A stretch of 50,406 nt of DNA, filler included, from Basidioascus undulatus (Eukaryota), in assembly GCA_000826855.1 (NCBI GenBank). It is 3 parts of 3 records of this genome, joined end to end, with 100 filler letters (N's around TTAATTAATTAA, not from the genome) between each part and the next. Parts side by side here need not be neighbours in the genome. Positions count along the whole stretch, not along the records: positions 33,709 to 50,406 come from JTLS01000573.1; 2 more parts are not named here. One strand, written 5' to 3'. The notes beneath the pieces are model-generated. The model was not told the DNA's origin. It worked only from the letters and a program-made list of their open reading frames with translations, and ran no database searches. The translations under genes and the position numbers were made by a program. Shown here piece after piece: positions 37,170 to 48,866 of the stretch (position 1 is the first letter of the stretch; each line of letters starts with the position of its first letter).

Positions 37170-37530
37170 TGTCACGAATGCATCCCCGTCACTCCCACCT
37201 TTCACCAAGCCCACTTCCGGTCGTGGACAGCCTTATCTTGCACAGCCTTCACCTTTGTCTCCTACACTGCCTTCGCCACGGCCTTCCTGTGCTCCCCATC
37301 ACTGCCACTCCAGCACACAGCCCTTTGGTAGCCTATAAAGAATGCCCACTTGCCCTCCCCTTGCTCCCCATCCGGTCTTGCTCTTCTACTCCTGTCATAG
37401 TCCTCGCTTAAGCCCTCGTCCTAGTCCTCGTCCTAGCCTTGTCCCACGCCCCAGATCTATTCTTGCCAACGCGAACCTTTCAGCCTGTAGCCCCCGCTGC
37501 GGTCTGCCCCATCTAGTCTGATTCCTGACA
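37170..37530 (+). mobile_element. Solo LTR (361 bp)
   Basis: Begins TGTCACGAATGC and ends ...TTCCTGACA (TGTCA/TGACA termini). Internal TATAAAGAATGCC. Homologous in inverted orientation to 37738-38042. No clear TSD. Confidence 0.7.
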
Positions 37531-38042
37531 CCAGTCGTCCTTGATGCACGATGGCCTTGAGGTTGGACTTCCTTTGGAATTGCTGCGAGGATTGTCCGTA
37601 CGGAGGGTTGGGCCATATTCGAACAAACACTTGTTGTATTTCAGCCTTCGTGGACTCGGGGTATAGGTTTTGCGAAAAATTTGTTTATAGGGGTGTCGAG
37701 AAGCGCGGGGTCGAGACCGGGAGTTCTAGCTACCAAATGTTGCACGGTGGTGGGTAGGCACAGTGCAACTCGGGGGATGCAAGGCGAGGACGAAGAGCGA
37801 GAACTGGGCCGTGTAGAAGAGCAAGATCGGATTCAGATTTCGAGCAAGGGAAGGGCAAGGAGGCATTCTTTATGGGTTACCAAAAAGGGCTGTGTGCTGG
37901 AGAGGCAGTGAGAGAGCACAGGAAGGCAGTGCAGGAATCAGGAAGGCGTGCAGGAAGATAACGGAAGGTAATGCAGGAAGATAACGGAAGGCAGTGCTGG
38001 AAGATAACGGAAGGGAATGTGACAGGGGAAGCATTCGTGACA
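37531..38042 (-). mobile_element. 5' end of an LTR retrotransposon: LTR (38042-37738), PBS (37735-37722), leader and start of a gag-like ORF
   Basis: The minus strand reads TGTCACGAATGC...GTGCAACA, then TT, then TGGTAGCTAGAACT (TGG-initiated PBS, resembling the complement of initiator tRNA-Met). ATG GCC CAA... at 37616 is cut off by the other LTR at 37530. GGAAGATAACGGAAG occurs three times inside the LTR. Confidence 0.75.
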
Positions 38043-38532
38043 CCGTGTTACACCCTGCGATACAGAAGGCATATGTCAATAGCTGATGGACCCAGGCACC
38101 AGAAGTGTGAGTGAGGGAGGCGAGCGGAGAAAGCAGCCGACTGAGCGACACGAAGCGTTACATAATGGAGATGAACCAATATGTATGGCAGGGGAATGTC
38201 CCATCCCCTGACCGTCAGTTCGGGGATCGCGGCTTACTGGCGGTATGTGATCATTCTATGGGCAATGGTATTCAAGCCTTTAGAAAGGTTCTGCTGAAGT
38301 CCAAACTCCCATCGAGTATTCTGAAACAGGCGAGCAGGATATTCAGAAGGTGTTGAAATGATGGTACCGCACGTTAGTACTGTACATGTAACTTAGCGTG
38401 CGAGCCGCGTCCTGCGCATCCGGCCTCCGTCGCCGCACCCGCCCTGCTGTCTGTCTGTCTCTGCCTTCTCTACTCGACGACCACCATTTATTTTGTTCCA
38501 CTCACTCACTCACTCCACCACTCATTGCCCTC

Positions 38533-40150
38533 ATGACTACTTATGCTGACCGTCGATCGCCCGATCTCCGGGCTCGGCTGTCAGCCATTCTCTGGGCTGA
38601 GGCCTCGTCGACATAATATTAATGTTAATACTTAAAGGCGAAACCGCACCGCTGGACGTGCCGGCCAGCTGCTCTCTCTCGCGCCACGAACCCGTGGCTA
38701 CCAACGCGTCGCTCGCTCGCCACCATGATAGCATACCCAGGATTCGCTTTAATCATTTTCACGAAGTTCCAGACTCTCCCGATATGGAGGACGAGGTCGC
38801 TTCGGTCACCGCCCGTGAGCAGTACCAGATCGAGTAACAGCGCCGCGAAATCGAGCAGCAGCGCAGCGACCTCCAAGCACCCAGCGTACAGCGCCGCAGG
38901 CCCAACGAGCCGTCCGCCGCAACCCGCAAGGCTCTGTGGCGTGCCGACGGGTGCTTCATCAGGAATATCAAGCTGCTCTCGAACGACCTTGCGCACATCC
39001 TTGATAACAAGGCTACGCCAAAAGAGCGGGACGAGATTGTTAGTCGAAGCGGAGGGCCAAGGCTTTCCCCGCACCTGCATGCTGACTCGCTGTGTGATGC
39101 AGGCGCGGCGCGCCCACCTTCTCGGCATCGTCCCCGTACTTTCCCTCCAGCATGAGTCCAACCTGATTGGCGTAAGCATAGCGGTGTCTTTAGAGCAGGG
39201 CTAGGCGATCCTGACGTTCACTTCCTTGCAGTTTCGGCCGATCTGCACCGCGCCCTTGACAGCTACCACGCCTTTGACCGCTACTGTTGACGAGAGCACC
39301 AGCAGCCAGATGGTCAGCATTTTGGGGGAAGACCTGAAGCAGAGGATAGACGCAATGATGGCGGGTTCTGATGACCTTAAGACGCTTTGGGAGAAGCTTC
39401 CGGTTACGTCCCGTTTCGCGTTTGCATCGCGAAGGGTTCCGGTATGCTGACGCACTCTGTATATCCCATTGTCAACCCCGGTACGCCGTCGTTTCCTCCG
39501 TCCGCACCGTATCTCCCCTACCGCTGCGCCCTACCCGCTGGTTCGATGGGAGGGGACGTCGACGATGAGCCACATGCGGTCCTTGGGAGACTTCACTTCC
39601 GAGCCGGGCCTGACCCAGACGCGCCGGGCGCCGCCGAGTTTCCTCAGCATATCGAGTACGGTACAAAGCGCGCGGGGCGACCAGCTCAACCCCTGGCTCG
39701 TTGTGCTCAACGCAGCGGACAAGTTTATAACAACCAGCCTAGTCTGGCCCTGCCGGAGTCGACGCAGCGGCTCATCGATCTCACAAAACAGATCGACCGT
39801 CTAATCTACACCAACCCACCTGCCACCGCAAAGCGTCGGCGCACTTATGGTGTGTTTTTCTTTCGTTCAAGAGGTCGAGCATGGGCTCGGCATCTGGCCT
39901 CCACCTGCAGAACCCGGCGGCGGCATTAGCACACCTGCTGCGAGCGGCGGCGACATAGGGAGCGGCAGAAGTGGTGACGAGAGGAAGGGAGATGGAGGCA
40001 ATGGGGTCGGGGACAATGCTGCCGGCTTGGATATCGAAGGTGCGTTCTATCCCGTGTTGTGCAGAGAAAGGTTGAGGACAGAGATTGACCGGAGGAAGCC
40101 TTCAAGATCACCTCGGTTAATTACCTGTGGAAGTTTTGGCCGCATGGATT
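38533..40150 (+). pseudogene. Fungal HNH-endonuclease-domain (HNH_2-like) gene relic
   Basis: ALWRADGCFIRNIKLLSNDLAHILDN...HESNLIG..SADLHRA.D.Y (C..AHI...N...DLH..D pattern), then LNPWLVVLNAADKF...LIDLTKQIDRLIYTNP. Several stops (e.g. TAA at 38835-38837) and frameshifts. Confidence 0.6.
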
Positions 40151-43100
40151 AGCGCGGAGACTGGAGTTGTACCTTCCATGGCGTTGTCGCCCACCTCACC
40201 TCCCGGCTCTGCCGGCGGGGTCTGGCTCCCGCCCGCGATTGCCAAGCTCTTTTCTCCCACGGCCACCCTCTCGCCTCCTTCCTCACCCAAACAGCAGGTC
40301 CCGGCTCCCACGTCCGGGGGTCTTGCTAAGGACGTGCAGGGGAGGATTCTGAGTTGGCGGAGCGATGTCAGCGGGGATGCCTGAACCGTCATTCATTTCA
40401 CGTTGCCATTCCTACTCTGCTGGCTTGATGCCCGCAGCTTAGCTAAGTGTTGGTGCCGCTAACGGGCACGGAGGGTACAGGTGTGGTAGACCACATGGGG
40501 GATGCGAGGGCAGGGGGTGCAACGGCGGGGGATCAGAGGGCAGGGGGTGTAAGGACAGGGCTGCAAGGACCGCCCCGGGAAGGGGGGGGAAACTACATGG
40601 GGATTCGATGCCCACGACGGGGGGGATGAGGGTTTGAGCGATGGTGTCCTGGGTTTGACGGCGCTTTCTTTCGTTGCGAAGGGCAGTCTTGATGCCACGG
40701 AGGACGACGCAGGCGTGATGCCGGGGATGGCATGGTCACTGCCGAGGGAGATTTCGACGTCGAAGGCGAGGGCCTCACCAATCTTGCTGTAAAGGCAGGA
40801 GGTCTGAGTGTGGCATAAGAGGCGTCCACACTTACATATTCTACCCTGGCCTGTCTTGCTGCAGCACCAGCACAGGGCAGTATTGGCATCTGCATGGGGA
40901 CGGCACAGAGCAGGGTTGACGAGGGGGGGCTGGAGCATTTTATGTAGCATCCCCAGAGTCTCGTGCACTGCAAGGGTGGGAGCCTGAAGCTGTGTGCATG
41001 CGGTGCATGCAAGAGGGAGTGCAAGGATGCGGTAGACAGGCTGTCCAGAAAATGGGGAGAGTGACAGGCAGGGCAGTGGATGGAGTTGGCTGGAGCGGCG
41101 CGGACAAGGGCATGAGAGTAGGGGCCAAGGGCATGGTGATCAAGACACTGCCGAGGGGGAAACAATCTGTGATGATGGCTGCGATTTAGGTCTCACGCGA
41201 TATTTGGACACAGCACTGCTCCGCAGGTTTCAGGCCAAGGGCAGATGCCACAGGCAGGGCAGCCCAGTGGCTTTGTTGGGACTGACTGGATTGGCCAAGA
41301 ACAGTACTATCGCAACCCTGAGTACATGCATTCATGGCGGGTATGTTGCTCGGGACCATGCAGGCAACGTCTGTTGACAGTTTCATGCCCGAGCGGATGC
41401 GCGAGGCTGAGAAGGCGCCTGTGTCCTATGTCCAAAACAATGTGCACTGGATGGGCACCGCCAATGCGGCTGCGGTGAATATGCAAAACGAGATTAGAAC
41501 GTCTTGGTTGAACAGCCGCATCTATTCGCACAACCGTTTTCTGGAAGAAAAGAATGCTGGCGGTGCGTTGGGCTATTTGGTGCGTTACAAAGTGCGCGAG
41601 ACACCGCCCCACTACATGGCAGCCAGTGCGGGCCACAGCGTGTCACGGCAGCAATACGAGGCCACGGCCACCCAGATTGAGGCGATTCCCAGCCGTCAAG
41701 ACAGAGACCGATACCAAGCTGATCGGACTCAAGGCGGTGGTCACTCTATGCTCCATAGCACCGATCTGGTTCATGACCAACATGAAGACGACATCGGATG
41801 CGGTCAAGCCCATTGAACAATACGTGCGCACAACCAATGCCGAGTTGCGGCATCAGGGCCTTCCGCTAGCGTGGAATATCGAATACACGCCCATCATGCC
41901 ACCCACACGGGGAGTTTCCTTGTGGCATTCGCAGCTGTGATTATGGGCTGAAGCGGATAGTCACGTGCTGTGAATTGCTGAGCTTGGGGTTCGCCTAACT
42001 CAAACACGGTGGTACTACTGAGGTTGTGCAGCCGCGCGCGACGATGTGTGGCATGACATGTAATGGCATGCATGTTACTTGTTACGCATGCCTCATTTGT
42101 CTGTTACTTAGGTTAGCCCACCTATGGGTGGCAGCGGCGGTATCTCCCAGCACTTCAATCCAGCCCACCACGCAAACATGACGATATGCATCGACCACAT
42201 CCTGCCTGTGAACGCCTCACTGCTGTCCAACGTCGGTGTCGTCTTCGCGCTTCGGACCCATGCGCGAGGTCCGGGCTGAGCTGTTCGGCATGGACGGGTG
42301 CAAGATTGCGTCCGCTCAGAAGGTGTAGAACAGTCCTGAGCGGACGGTTGAGAATCACTTTTCAAGTGCTTCTTGAGTCACGCTGGGGATGCAAGTCCTG
42401 CAGCAGTCCTCGTCGGGCTGCTGTCCATCCCTTCTGGCGTTCCTCCCTTGCTCTCCCCTCCTCGCACGCATCCATTCCGTCCACCCCATCCCCGCCACCC
42501 CCACACCCTCCTGGCCTGCTCCGCCCCGCCACAAGCCTGCCCGCCCCGGTCTCAACCTCCCCGCTGCCCTCCTCGCAGCGAAGTAAGCGTGCATGGCGCA
42601 GCAGATTGTGGAGCAGGAAATGCGGCTCCTTGGCCACCTGGCACCTGGGATGCTCAAGCTGGAGAAGAAGATGATGATTAGATGGCTAAGAAGAGTGAGT
42701 GAGGAGATCGACAACGGCGAGAAGGCGGCAGAGGGTAAGAGGTCCAAGACACCCGAGAAGGAGAAGGAACGGTTGGATAGGGAGCTGGATGAGGGTAGGA
42801 GAGGGTAGTGCCGAGTTGGAAATGGTTAGCCCGCGCCCGCACCGACATCTGCACCTGCTGCAGGGGCGAGTGAGGACAAGGAGGGATTGGGCGAGATGGA
42901 ACGGTTGAGGAGGAAGTTGGCCAGGTTCAAAGTGGTGGTGCGTCACTCAGGTTGGTCCGTGTAAGGGTTGCATTCACTCTTCCCTGCATCCTACCCTAAC
43001 AGCTGCCGCTCTAAGCTTTCTGACTGATGTCCAAGGCACAAACAGAGCGTTGAACTGCATCTTGCCACGGGCAAGGGTCGGCGCTGCCCGAAGCTAAAAT

Positions 43101-43452
43101 GCACACAGGTTGCCTCGTGGCCTTTGAGGCCCCAGGCCCAACTGTCCAAATGGTTGCCTGCTTACCCTATGATAGAACATTTACGCGCCTCGGCGAAATC
43201 GCCCGAGGCCGGCGCTAAGTGTTAATGAAATACAGACACGAAAACATGCATATGCTCGCCAAGCCCGAAGTTCTTAATTTGGCAGCATAGGATAGTGAGG
43301 TGTTTATCACCTTGTTCGCACCGCATGACTCTGTCCTGACATGATCTGCAACGATGTCTAACACTCGCCTAACGTATAAGAGCGGGCAGGTCCAATTCTC
43401 TTCAGTCAGGTTCCACACACCTTTTGGTTCGCGTTCTTGATCAAACACAAGA

Positions 43453-44156
43453 ATGTACGCCCTTGAATACTTCTTCCTCGCCATCTCCGCCGCATCCCTT
43501 GGGACCGCCTCCCCCGTCGCTGCCCCCACCGAAGAACCCACGATGGGCGCACTGGCATTCCACAACGGCGTGCAAAAGGACCTCGTCAAAGACGGCTGGG
43601 GAACAGCGACCATCTGCTCCGTCTACTCCGCCGACGAGACCGTCTGCTTTGACTCGGAGGACGATCACGTCGCCTACCACGCCCGTCGCAACAACATCCC
43701 CATCGAAGACGTCCTCAAAAGGCGAGGCACCGGTCTCGAGGAACGCGCGAGCCCCAGCTGCACCTACGGCGCATGCTGCGTGTATCAACTCAAGGCATTC
43801 GAGGGACGGAGGTTACAATTCTTTTCGAGCGGAGAACATACGCTGGGACAGTACGACTTTAGGGACAGGACGACGGGTATTTACAACAATCGGAAAATTT
43901 ATGGTTGCACTTTGGTTGATTACCGGTAAGTTGTTCTTTGTTTTGTTCTGACTATAACAGCTGTGTCATTTCTTTAAAAAAATGTCGGTGGCATATCTCC
44001 TCAGTTTGCTGACTTTCACGCTGTTTTTTTTTCAGGGATTGGATGCCCGACCCCGAATTCATCTGTCCGCTTGGGTCGGCATACGGCGATCTCAGCAAGC
44101 AGAGCTATACTTACGGTGGAAACTGGGATAACATGGCGGATCGCGTTGACATGTAA
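43453..44156 (+). CDS. Secreted 197-aa protein; C-terminal domain resembles actinobacterial peptidase inhibitor I36 / beta-gamma-crystallin-like proteins
   Basis: Exons 43453-43925 and 44036-44156 (intron GTAAGT...GCTGAC...TTCAG). Signal peptide MYALEYFFLAISAASLGTASP, pro-region ending KRRGTGLEER, then SPSCTYGACCVYQLKAFEGRRLQFFSSGEHTLGQYDFRDRTTGIYNNRKIYGCTLVDYRDWMPDPEFICPLGSAYGDLSKQSYTYGGNWDNMADRVDM*. TATAAG at ~43375. Confidence 0.8.
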
Positions 44157-44199
44157 ACCTGCTCTCGAACGAGAATGTGATGATCTCTCCACCGCTGAC

Positions 44200-44860
44200 C
44201 CGTGCCTGGCACCGCTGACCGACAACCTCATTACAGGAGTAATTCACCTCGCCCGACCTGGTGTCTGCCGGACAATCACTGCTCAGTACGCCTATACCCA
44301 CCCCTCTTGTGCCCTCCATCACCCTAGTGCCACACTTTCCCGCAGCGTCTCACCCCCCGAACAACAGACCGCCGCTGCTGCCAGGGCGGCGACATCCAGT
44401 GAGACTAGGCGCCCACATCCACCCCCCCCACTTTCCCCGGCGCACGCTGACACCTTGCCGCCAGACCGTCACGCCCCGTCTCTCACTGTGTCTTTTTTCC
44501 CTTTTCCTCTATTCTTTCTCTCCTCGAACCCACACCGTCCGCTTCATCGTGACATTGCTTTGCGTCCGCCACGCCATGAACATGTTGTCCATAACGCCTG
44601 CCTGCCTGCCCACGCTGCCGAATACTCCACACCCACTTAACGCCCTGACAGACCGACTAACCCCTCACCATAGCCGGCCAAGAACACGGCTCCCCCGCCT
44701 CGCCATTGCGGCTTTGATACTCAGACGCGCACACGTCCAACCGTCCCTGATCCTGCTTGTCCTCGTGCTCCTAACAAAACCCCCTACGGCAGCCCAGCCA
44801 TGGCCTCCCTTCATCTTACGAACACTCGCACTGAACTCCCGCGGGCTTGGAAACGAGTTC
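44200..44860 (+). mobile_element. Degenerate LINE (Tad1-like) fragment: end of ORF1 zinc knuckles and start of the ORF2 AP-endonuclease
   Basis: Broken Cys/His clusters (CFA..HAMN..C; ACPRCRILH; HCG...DPACP), immediately followed by LRTLALNSRGLG, which resembles the N-terminal L.....N.RGL motif of the APE domain. Confidence 0.45.
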
Positions 44861-45962
44861 AAGACGCCATCATCAATTCTTCTGTCTGCCAGTGTTGCAC
44901 GCTGGCTGATTCGAACGATTAAGATCGGGAAAAGCCGTTCTCCGTTTCGCTTCATCATGGTACTTTGATCCTGCCCTTGAGAATGCTAGGAAATATTAGG
45001 CTTCTGACGATGCCACGCTGCAAACCTGCAAGTCAGAGCGACCCGCAGCCACTGCGCGTGTTTGTTTCTGCAGTATGCGACGTTCGTCTGCGCTCCGCGG
45101 ACTCCTTGAGCACTCGTCCGCGATCGCGCTGCTCGCAGAAAACCCTGAAAATCCGTCGACCACTAGAGCGCCTGGTAAGTTTATAGGCAGCCATCTTTCC
45201 GCGACGGACGAGGAGGACAGACGAGTGGTGGAAAAAGGCAGAGGGTGGGCTGCAGGGCACATACATGTGATGCGAGCGCACTCTGACGGCCGGGGGCAAA
45301 AACTATCTACAGCGACGTACAGAGGAGCAGAGAGGCGAGAACAAGGAGCAAGAGAGGCAGAGAAAGAAGAAGGGGGCAGATCCCAACAAAAAAAAACGGG
45401 TGAGAAGAAATAGGGGTACGCAAGTTCTAAATCCAGCAAAAAGAGATCTAACTACGGGAAAAAAAACTGTAAGCCAATAACGTGAGGCAACTTTCCCACG
45501 CTCGTTGCTATCTTCCACCGTGTCCAGCCCACAACGCCTAAATTCTTCCTGAATTCACCAACGTATGTCCAATTTTCCCTCCCCCCTTCCCAGTCTTTTC
45601 CATCTCACACAACCTCTTGCCCAATCAAACAAACATGAACTCCCCTATCGTCTTCCCCCTCGGTAAACGCACCTCAAGGGCAGCGTCGAGGCTGCCGAGA
45701 GCGCGCACCGGGCCTATATCCATGCAGGAAAGGCGCAGAAGGCTATGTCGATGCAGGAAAGGCACAGAAGGAGGCTCGGAGGTAGATGTGGCGGCGGCGC
45801 TGGTGAAGAAGAAGGTGCTGTCGAGCAGTGGCTTGCCTCGCGAGCCGGACGCGTCTCCCAGCACCCATCAACAAGCACGTACCGGGGACAAAGTGCCTCA
45901 GCCCGCCAAGCTGTGCGTCCCAACCCTGCTTCTCTTGCTCTATGCGGCGGCGAGATTGCACA

Positions 45963-46757
45963 ATGATCCCAGACATTCCCCCGCCCCTCCGTAAGTTGGA
46001 ATCCGTCCTTCTCGAGCCTGCACCTGCGGTCGCGACCAAACACAGGCAGTCGCTCCTTGACGCCCACCCACGCGAGTGTTCCCTCCGCATCACCACCGAT
46101 GTGTCGTACCAGGGCGTTCCCTCTTCATCACTTGCCCCAGGCTGACCTGACGTTGCCCACTGGGGTGGGGTTGCGAGCAGCTGGGGCGCCTTGCATATCG
46201 GCGCCGGGATCACGGTGCGCGCGCCGGGCATCTCGGTCGACTACAGCATCGCTGTGCTCGACCATGTGCGAGCTTATCGCGCTCATGAAGGGGCTTTCCT
46301 ACGCCGTGACACACACGTTCCCGTCCCCGTCCCCGTCCCCATGCGTCACCCCTCCCCAGCGCATCCTCCTCATGACCGACTCGCTCGGCGCGCTCCACAG
46401 CCTCCTCTCCCCCAAGCCGCTCCGCACACCATACACCTCCCCTCCTCGCACCGCGCGCACAAGCTCTTCGCCGCGCTTGCCACCCGCGGTGAAACGGTAA
46501 CGCTTGCGTGGTGCCGGCGCGCGCATACGAGGCGAGAGGATCGTCTGGCGAAGAGGGCGAGGGGAAAGGAAGGCAAGACGAGGGCGAGGGAGATCTCGGA
46601 GGTTGCGGCGAGGGAGGCTAAAGCTGCCAGAGAATTTACGAGAGAGTGGGAGGAGGAGGCTAAGGGGAAGGTGGTGGTGGTGGAGAAGAAGAAGAGCAAG
46701 CGGTGGGTAGGCGTACAGGTGCGCCTGGCTCTAGCTGGACGTGCGCTAGAGCCATGA
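45963..46757 (+). pseudogene. RNase H-like domain relic (non-LTR retrotransposon type), frameshifted
   Basis: ITTDVS (cf. YTDGS), CELIALMKGL, ILLMTDSLGALHSL, VTLAWCRRAH and DRLAKRA occur in RNase HI motif order across different frames. Confidence 0.6.
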
Positions 46758-47618
46758 TATGGTCGGCGCGTGAAAGCCCGGAAGTAAATTGTAGGATGTG
46801 CGGACTTTAAAACAGAAAAGAAGGGGAAGGCGGAATGGATTGCTTTCTAGAGCCGGTGCTGCTGGAGAGAGACGACTGCGACGCACCAACAATAAATGCA
46901 TGGATCAATGTATGCTTTTCAGGCCGCTGTATGTTCTCCGCCCCGGCGGAGTTAATGACACATCCTCCTCTCACTGCAGCGCTCGGGCAGTAAACTCTAT
47001 ATACACAGGTGAGTATGCAGCCGTTGATGGTGCTGCCGGCGTATACACTCAGGAAAGCAGAATGAAAGGGTGTTACCACTCTTTGCTTTTCTCCAAAGCC
47101 TGCAGTCGCATGGATATCCTGTTTCCTTTGAGCTTGCGAGGAGAGCCTGTCAGTCTCACTCAGTCAGTCTGAATCGATCATTACCAGGAATCAATTCGCT
47201 GCGGTACCCTTTAACTTGCCTTGTTTTCTTCCTCTTGATTAAAATATATGCTCTAACTTTAGCGGCTCCACCGGAGAAGGCTCCACATCGACACTGTGAC
47301 ACATCGACACACTGCGATCTTCTCCCTGTACGTACAGATACGTACAAACGTCGCGCCTCCCCCCCCCATGTGACGCTGTTGACTCACCCTCCTTGTCTTT
47401 TCTCATGAAATTCCTCCTCTCGACAACCGTCATTGAGTTGCTTTTCCTCCTATCTTTTCCTTTCTTCCCCATCGAAAACACCACATATAGGGCTCTGGTG
47501 CGAAGACGAGTCGAAAGTCGATTCTCGAAAACCAAATTGTTTTCTTGGTTAGCACGCAGAGTCGCTGCAATTCTCTTTTCCTGACCTTCCTTCCCACCCC
47601 TTGACTTCCCAAGCAAGA

Positions 47619-48286
47619 ATGGGCAGGACGCTCCCCATCCTAGCCACCACGGCTGTGGCACTCGCCTCCTACAAAGCCGTCTCCCTCGAGCGCTGCTACC
47701 CGCTCCGGGATCCACCTCCCATTTACCTCCACCTCCCGTACCTGCTTCGCTTCCCGACGCTCGAGCATCCGCACCCCGACTTCGAGTACTTCTCGACCCG
47801 CATACATCCCCACCGACATGTCACATCCGCCCCAGGCTCTCAGTCCCAGCCGAACGAGCTCCTGCCCATATTCCTGTCCGCGGTCTACTCGACCTGGACC
47901 CTGCGCCTCGAGGCATTCGGCTCCAGTTAGCAAATCTTCCCCAAGCGCCCGACAGCTAGGCGGGCGGGCTCTTCAAGACGGTCAACCGCTCTTCCACCTC
48001 CGTCGTTGTGCGCTGGTCGGTGCCGGAGGGTATTCTGCGCGCGTACCACGCCCGGGGCCTCGCGATCATCCGGGGCGGGCTGCAGGAGCTCGCCGCGGTG
48101 GAGGTGGGCGACGAGAAGGGCGCCGTCGAGCTCGTGTATGCTTGCGCGCAGCATTATGGAGGGCGGAGGGCGGAAGGCGGAGGGGCGGCTGGCAGATCTC
48201 GTTGTCACGCTGCATCTTTATGCAAGGCTTTGTTGGACCAGGCGGCGAGGAGGATGGAGCGCGGGGAGTGGGTGGTCGCTCGATGA
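47619..48286 (+). pseudogene. Fungal hypothetical protein with N-terminal hydrophobic anchor; disrupted
   Basis: MGRTLPILATTAVALASY...FLSAVYSTWTLRLEAFGSS* (TAG at 47928-47930), then GGLQELAAVE..VELVYACAQ..LHLYA/LLDQAARRM with frameshifts. Confidence 0.5.
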
Positions 48287-48785
48287 GCGAGGCTGGTTGT
48301 AAGCTGGCGAGGACGCAACACCACTCTGGACATCGCATGGTTTTACTGCGTGATTTTGCTGTGCTTGAAACTTGAGCGTCGCAAACATAAACGCTAATCG
48401 TCAATCCCTCTCCTAGGGCTGAAAGTCCCTGCGGCTCGGTCTCAGCAAGATGCAGAAACATTGCCGTCCCCATCTTCCCTTTCCGCCTTCTCAACTGTTC
48501 CTGGAAATTGTGTTGTCCACTTGGAACAATTTCCACCGACGACGTTTGGGAAACTGACGCTGTAGGAACCACGGGCCTGTCAATATTGCGTTTCGGTACT
48601 GACTGCCGCCCAGCGGTGTTGGTAAGTCAGCAGTGTGATGGTCCATCATTCAATATTCGCCCACCTTCATTAAAATCGGCTAGCACATTGACCGTCGATG
48701 CATGCTTGCCGCTCTTTTTGCTGTTGTCTTCTTGCATTCAATTTAAGGACTACGTTCTCTTTAACAAAACTAACCAGACAGACAG

Positions 48786-48866
48786 GTCGTGTTGGCGCAA
48801 TGGTAGCGCGTCGGTTTCCGATTTCCAATGTACCGGAGGTTGTGGGTTCGAGTCCCATGCACGACT
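48786..48866 (+). tRNA. tRNA-Arg(CCG) with ~9-nt intron (48822-48830)
   Basis: Acceptor GTCGTGT/GCACGAC, D arm GCGC-AATGGTA-GCGC, anticodon stem TCGGT/ACCGG with loop TT-CCG-A, T arm GTGGG-TTCGAGT-CCCAT, and a TTTT Pol III terminator directly after. Confidence 0.85.
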
